Translations under genes and position numbers: made by a program
Part shown: positions 58,779 to 64,000 of the stretch, one piece after another
How positions within the stretch are numbered: the first letter of the stretch is position 1
How the letters are laid out: each line of letters opens with the position of its first letter
Notes under the pieces: generated by a model
What the model was told of the DNA's origin: nothing
The model's database searches: none
What the model saw: only the letters and a program-made list of their open reading frames with translations
Assembly: GCA_002811645.1 (NCBI GenBank)
Contig: PDIP01000112.1
Coordinates: 5,693-69,692 of the forward strand
Source: Corallochytrium limacisporum Hawaii
Lineage: Eukaryota > Protista > Pluriformea
Length of the DNA: 64,000 nt
Direction: 5' to 3'

Positions 58779-60848
58779 TCATTCGTGGTTCTTCGGCGGG
58801 CGTGGGGGCCGTTGGCGCGTGTTGGATTCCTCTCCAAGCTTGCCGGCCTGACGCAACGTGTGCTCCCGTACCACGGGGATCAGAATATCAGGGTTGACCG
58901 CAGCAGAGACGATGAAGCGGTGTTGTAGAGCTTGGGCTGCTGTAGGTCGCTTTTCGCTCTCTGCCATAAGTACCTGGGCAAGAAAGTCCTTGAGCGGTGC
59001 GCTGGCCGTCTGCGCAGATCGCACCAGTGGCGTACCATTTCTGGCAATTAAATACAATGCCCGCATTGGCGTCTCGTCAATGTACGGCGGCTCGCCCTCT
59101 AGCATTTCAATGGTGAGGATGCCGACGGACCAAATATCAACCTTTTCATTGTACTGTTTAACCGTGACAATCTCCGGTGCCATCCAATGTGGCGTGCCGA
59201 CCATGGTCGTACGCTTCTCGGTCTTGCTGCTGAGGCGTGCGCAGAAGCCAAAGTCACTAATCTTCACCTCACCTGCGTGGCCCAGCAATATGTTATCGGA
59301 TTTGATGTCACGATGCACGATGCGTCGGTCATGGAGAAAGGCCAGGGCACTCAGGACTTCGTGAGCGATGGTCGCAATCTCCCTGTTTGTCAACACCTGC
59401 TCTTGGATGAGTGAGGTAAGGCTTCCACCGGGTAGGTAGTCCATGGTGATCCATAGGTCACTGTTCTCGACCAGGTGGCATGCGTGGTAATGCACAATGT
59501 TCCTATGTTTGAAGTTGAGCAAAATCTCCAGTTCGGTGACCACCATATCGAGGCGGGCTTGTTCGTCTAGGTCAAGACGCCGGATGGCCATCTTAATGCC
59601 CGTCTTATTGCTGGTGCTCACATAGATCTTGGCACTTGCGCCCGATGCCAAAAACTCCAGGTCCCGAAACTCTTCCCGGGGATCGTCTCGATCAACCATG
59701 AGTTCAATCGCGGTCAGAGCGTCGTTATTGTTCATGCGACGCGGTGAGGCGTATGGACTGGTTGCCTGGCCTCCCCGGCCATCGGCACTGTCGCCGGCGA
59801 ACACACCGCGGGCGAGGCGATCCGCGATGCTCAAGTTTTCACCACTGGCACGAGTCTCTTCACTCAGCTGTGGCACACGATTTGTTCCAGTGTTGTAGTC
59901 CTCATTGCCGGAGCCCTGGCTATCCCTGCGGGGGTAGTCGTCGTTAGCGGAAAGCTGTGTCATGGACTTCCACAACGGTTCCACGATCGGCCCGCTGCCA
60001 CGGTGCTTGCTATCTTGGGACCTGTGGTTCGAATTCGTTGACCGGTTGTCGTAATGTCCGTTGCCCCTGAGGAAGTCTTCTTCATCCTGAGATGAGGACT
60101 GGTTGCTGCTCGCCTCCAGCTCAAGGCGCTTCACCAACTGGGTTCGGTCCAGCTGTCTACGCGGTTTGCCGCTGACTATACCCTCGTCACTGTCCTGCGA
60201 CAATGTCAGAGGTTCCAGCAGGGCCCGCGTAGTGGTGGTCGACAAGGAAGTCACTCTTCGGCGCTGTGGTGTAATCTGGGGAGAAGCACCGAAAGGCCCC
60301 TTCGCAGTGACTCGAAGGGATGTCGGTGACGATGTGCCTGACACGTGGGGCATCGGCGGTGTGATTACCTCCGGACTGGCCACTGGCGCACTAGCCGGTC
60401 CTTCTGGTCCATCTTCAACAGGAATCCCCGAATTCCGTGCTAATCCTTTCCATTCCTTGGGCAGACCCGTGAAGCTAGCGTTTCTGTTGTTGAACCCGAT
60501 GTGTACTTCATGCTGGAAGCTCAATGGTTCACTGATTTCGTGCTCTTTCTGGCCCTTGTTGGGCGCCAGATTCTCTCCCCGCGGGCTCCGCAGTGGTGAA
60601 ACTCCCGGAGTCACACGGGCAAGGAATCGCATTTCTAACTCCCTTTGCACCTGCCACGGCCGTGGTGGGACCATGGGCGGTGTGTTCTTGTCCGGGAATA
60701 CTTTGCTCTGTTTAACCTGCCTCAAGGACACTGGTTGCTTGCGTTGTACATGCCACTGCAGGGATGTGTCGCGATTCGGTGCCACCACGGATGTGGTCAT
60801 AGGCATTAAGTCTTGATCTCGTGGTGGTAATGGAGGTGGCGCTGACAT
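58779..60848 (-). CDS. PAK: p21-activated kinase (PAK/STE20) with CRIB domain; beta3 Lys replaced by Arg
   Basis: PPPLPPR; CRIB (EISEPLSFQHEVHIGF..FTGLPKEW); HRDIKSDNILL, SDFGFCA, TMVGTPHWMAPE; beta3 reads MAIRR. Confidence 0.92.
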   Translation of the reverse strand: MSAPPPLPPRDQDLMPMTTSVVAPNRDTSLQWHVQRKQPVSLRQVKQSKVFPDKNTPPMVPPRPWQVQRELEMRFLARVTPGVSPLRSPRGENLAPNKGQKEHEISEPLSFQHEVHIGFNNRNASFTGLPKEWKGLARNSGIPVEDGPEGPASAPVASPEVITPPMPHVSGTSSPTSLRVTAKGPFGASPQITPQRRRVTSLSTTTTRALLEPLTLSQDSDEGIVSGKPRRQLDRTQLVKRLELEASSNQSSSQDEEDFLRGNGHYDNRSTNSNHRSQDSKHRGSGPIVEPLWKSMTQLSANDDYPRRDSQGSGNEDYNTGTNRVPQLSEETRASGENLSIADRLARGVFAGDSADGRGGQATSPYASPRRMNNNDALTAIELMVDRDDPREEFRDLEFLASGASAKIYVSTSNKTGIKMAIRRLDLDEQARLDMVVTELEILLNFKHRNIVHYHACHLVENSDLWITMDYLPGGSLTSLIQEQVLTNREIATIAHEVLSALAFLHDRRIVHRDIKSDNILLGHAGEVKISDFGFCARLSSKTEKRTTMVGTPHWMAPEIVTVKQYNEKVDIWSVGILTIEMLEGEPPYIDETPMRALYLIARNGTPLVRSAQTASAPLKDFLAQVLMAESEKRPTAAQALQHRFIVSAAVNPDILIPVVREHTLRQAGKLGEESNTRQRPPRPPKNHE

Positions 60849-61499
60849 GTTTACTAAATGCAGCGCCGGTAGGAGCTAATGGTATGCTTTGATTGCTGCT
60901 TCCCAGTTATTCTATCGCTCACATTCTGTTGTTCACCGGGATAGTCTAGACATGGTTGCTCTCGTCTCGTTTGTCCGTCTGTGGACAGAGAAATAGCTGT
61001 GTATGGATATTCCGAAGTCAAATGGTCTCTGTTTATCTCTTTTCTGCTCCGTTGAAATTCGTTTCTACGATCCTTCACCAAGACCCATCCTTAATGTAGC
61101 TAAACGACGTGTGCAAGATACGGAACGTGGTCGCCATATCACACTCTGCATTGTGTCCCCGAGTGATCCTTTCACTCTGCATTACATAATCCACTGCCCG
61201 ATTGCCAACGATGCCAACGCACTCCCGCGGGTGATGAATTTGCGTGTGCCGGACGGGTTTTCATCCGTCAGAAGCGCTGCAGCAAGCACACCGAAGGACT
61301 TTTTGTCCTGCCCCACTCACCCGGGACGGACGGGCGGGAGGGAAGGAGGGAAGGGAGAGCGCCCCCCCCCCGGGGGGTTGGTACCGGCCCTGGACCCTAT
61401 ACTCCAGTACAAAGTGTCCAAGGCCCCCCCCCCACCCCAGGGCTGGAAAGCGGTGAAGAGAGGGGAGGGAGGGGGGGGGGGGGAGGCGTCGGTTGGCCC

Positions 61500-61839
61500 N
61501 NNNNNNNNNNNNNNNNNNNNNNNNNNNNNNNNNNNNNNNNNNNNNNNNNNNNNNNNNNNNNNNNNNNNNNNNNNNNNNNNNNNNNNNNNNNNNNNNNNNN
61601 NNNNNNNNNNNNNNNNNNNNNNNNNNNNNNNNNNNNNNNNNNNNNNNNNNNNNNNNNNNNNNNNNNNNNNNNNNNNNNNNNNNNNNNNNNNNNNNNNNNN
61701 NNNNNNNNNNNNNNNNNNNNNNNNNNNNNNNNNNNNNNNNNNNNNNNNNNNNNNNNNNNNNNNNNNNNNNNNNNNNNNNNNNNNNNNNNNNNNNNNNNNN
61801 NNNNNNNNNNNNNNNNNNNNNNNNNNNNNNNNNNNNNNN
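61500..61839. other. Assembly gap in a G/C-rich region
   Basis: N bases. Confidence 1.
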
Positions 61840-64000
61840 GGGGGGGGTTGGGTTTGGTGGCAGAGTTTGGGCTTTGGGGCAAAAGAAAAACCCTGGGCCG
61901 CTCCCTCGCTCGCTGGTGCATAGACCCACAGCGGCCGGCCCGGCCCGCCCCGTGCGAGAGAGAGAGAGAGAGAGATTACACGCACAGAAGCAAAGCACAA
62001 CCCCCCCCCCTCGCCTTCCTTCGGAATTTGTTCGAAAAGGGGAGATCTTTGTTCAAAGAGAAAGGGTGTCAGTAGTAAACTACAAAGGAAGCGCACAATA
62101 CTCTCTCTCCTGTTTTTTTGTCCTTTCCTTTTTTATTACATTTTTTTTTGGTGCTCTCTCTCTCTCCCTCCTCCGGCCCAGGGTCAATGGCGCCCAAAAA
62201 GGACACTGAAGAACAGAGAAAAACACATCTCTCTCTCCCCCCCCCCGGCGGCTTCTAAACTGTGTCAGCTGCACGTGTGCAGCTCATTTTCTATCACTAA
62301 CGTATGAATTAACACAGTGGGCAGGTGCGAGAGCAAAGCCCAGCGACAAACCCCCGCCCCCTTCGCCCGACTTTCATCTCCCTGCCTTGGCGGTGCCATT
62401 GATTAATTCATTTCTGGTTGGGATCGAGTCCCCCCCTACGCGGCGCACGTATGGGAAAAATGTGTTACATTATTCAATTCATTTGCTACTACCATCGAAG
62501 CAGGAGAAGGAAAGGCAAGGTGACCTATTGGGCCCTATGACTGTTATCAGACGTTTGTGATATAATCGGGTACAAAAATCATTAAAAACGGCAACACAGT
62601 CATGGCTCTCACTCTCATAAAACTTTTTACCTACGTTTACTATCGATGTGCCGCACTCCCAAAGGCAACTGCGGCCCTCGAAATGGTGGCCGACCACAAA
62701 CGAGAAAAAATTCCGTAGTCGTTGTGTTCCTCTTACGGTTCCCCAACTGGCGACCCCAGCTGCCACTCTTGGCCTTTCAGGAAGGTTTTCTATGGGAAAA
62801 GAGGGGGATGGGGGGAGGGGTTCCCTTTGCCGCGCGAACGCACGTAGGAGCGCAGGAGCAAGAGACTTGGGTCTCCCGCAGTGGCTTTATTTCCTCCCCC
62901 CGCGGGGGAGGGGTACATATTTCGGAGGTTTGCTACATTCCAGTACCCAACAGAATATATTTTCAGATTGAAATCAATACTCAAATAGACGGTGTCCCGA
63001 CCAATCAGCGGGGTAGGTGATGGTGAACCACTGCCCCGGCTATAGGTGTTTACGCAGCGGAGCGGGTCAAACTTGCACAATCCGCGTGTTCATTCTTGTT
63101 GGTTCACCGCGCACTGCCTAAGACAATTTGATCCTCACCTTTTTTGTATAGTAAATATACTAATAATTTCAGACAACAAGTGCAGGAAGCCCGCGATCAT
63201 CCCCAGAGAAGGTGCAAAGTAGATTTACAGGTGGCACAGAGATCTTGCTCAGGTATGGTGATTGTATGGGACCATCAGACGTGTCCAAGGCCGCTCACTG
63301 ACTGCGAACATTTCCATCCCGCCCCTGGCCCCCTGACCGGGGAAGTTGCCCGTCACTGTGAAGGGGCATTGGCTATGTAAAATATATGAAGATAAGTTCA
63401 GGAAAAGTTTGGGAGTGGTGGGTTTCAAAGGTTGGGGGGAAGGATTCCGAAAAGTCGTGCTCGATGGTGGCTTCCTCGCCAGCGGCCGCGCAATAGCATG
63501 CAATATAACAATATTTAAAAGAAATACGAGACCTGACCATATATTAAAGTACTATATTTTTCTTGATTCAATAATGTATTCTTTAAATACCATGAACACG
63601 GTGTGGACGGCGATGGATCCATGCCTGTGGGTGTACGGCACGGTCCGACCCACCTCCTCCGTTCAAGTAGACACGGCTTTCCCTTTTGATGTACATACTG
63701 AATGTATGAGACACCAGCGACACATGATGCTTACTTCATCGATATTAACAAGCTGGTACCGGGGTGGTCGACCAAAGTTGTGCCCACACCACCACGGTTT
63801 CGCTTGCGCAGCCCAAAAAAAAAACCAAGTACCCTCAGGTCTCCGCCTTTGGGGGAGCCGGCACACTCCCCTTTCTCTTCCATTGTCTCTGAGATCGCCG
63901 TTTATTTAGTACTATCCTCTGAGTTGAATGTATACTCCGTATCCAACCAAAATTTTCGTTCGAAAATATATACCGGATCGTGATTTATATGATTATTTAT

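Overview
Gene-dense eukaryotic scaffold with about 19 protein-coding genes, each a single uninterrupted ORF, including a 5.2-kb KDM5 and a 3.2-kb PLC. The gene set (ILK, PAK, PLC-delta-like, CLK, KDM5, SNF5, SPS2) is opisthokont/holozoan-like. With the absence of introns, this suggests an intron-poor unicellular holozoan such as Corallochytrium (inference, not verified). Main results: (1) selenophosphate synthetase is a selenoprotein truncated by the ORF track; it starts at 24675, has an in-frame UGA in LKG-U-GCKVP (24544-24546), and has a SECIS candidate in the 3' UTR with an unusual basal helix; (2) a candidate securin (D-box plus DAEYVP motif); (3) a stand-alone homologue of the SLC35A4-uORF/STMP1 mitochondrial microproteins; (4) a PAK with Arg at the catalytic beta3 Lys; (5) a PLC with an extra N-terminal C2 domain; (6) a XenA-like flavin reductase, possibly from bacterial HGT; (7) a recurrent C-tract/G-tract palindrome in intergenic DNA. 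There are four assembly gaps and several microsatellite-rich islands. No tRNA, rRNA, CRISPR or intact mobile element was recognised. All homology calls come from motifs recalled by eye, not from searches.
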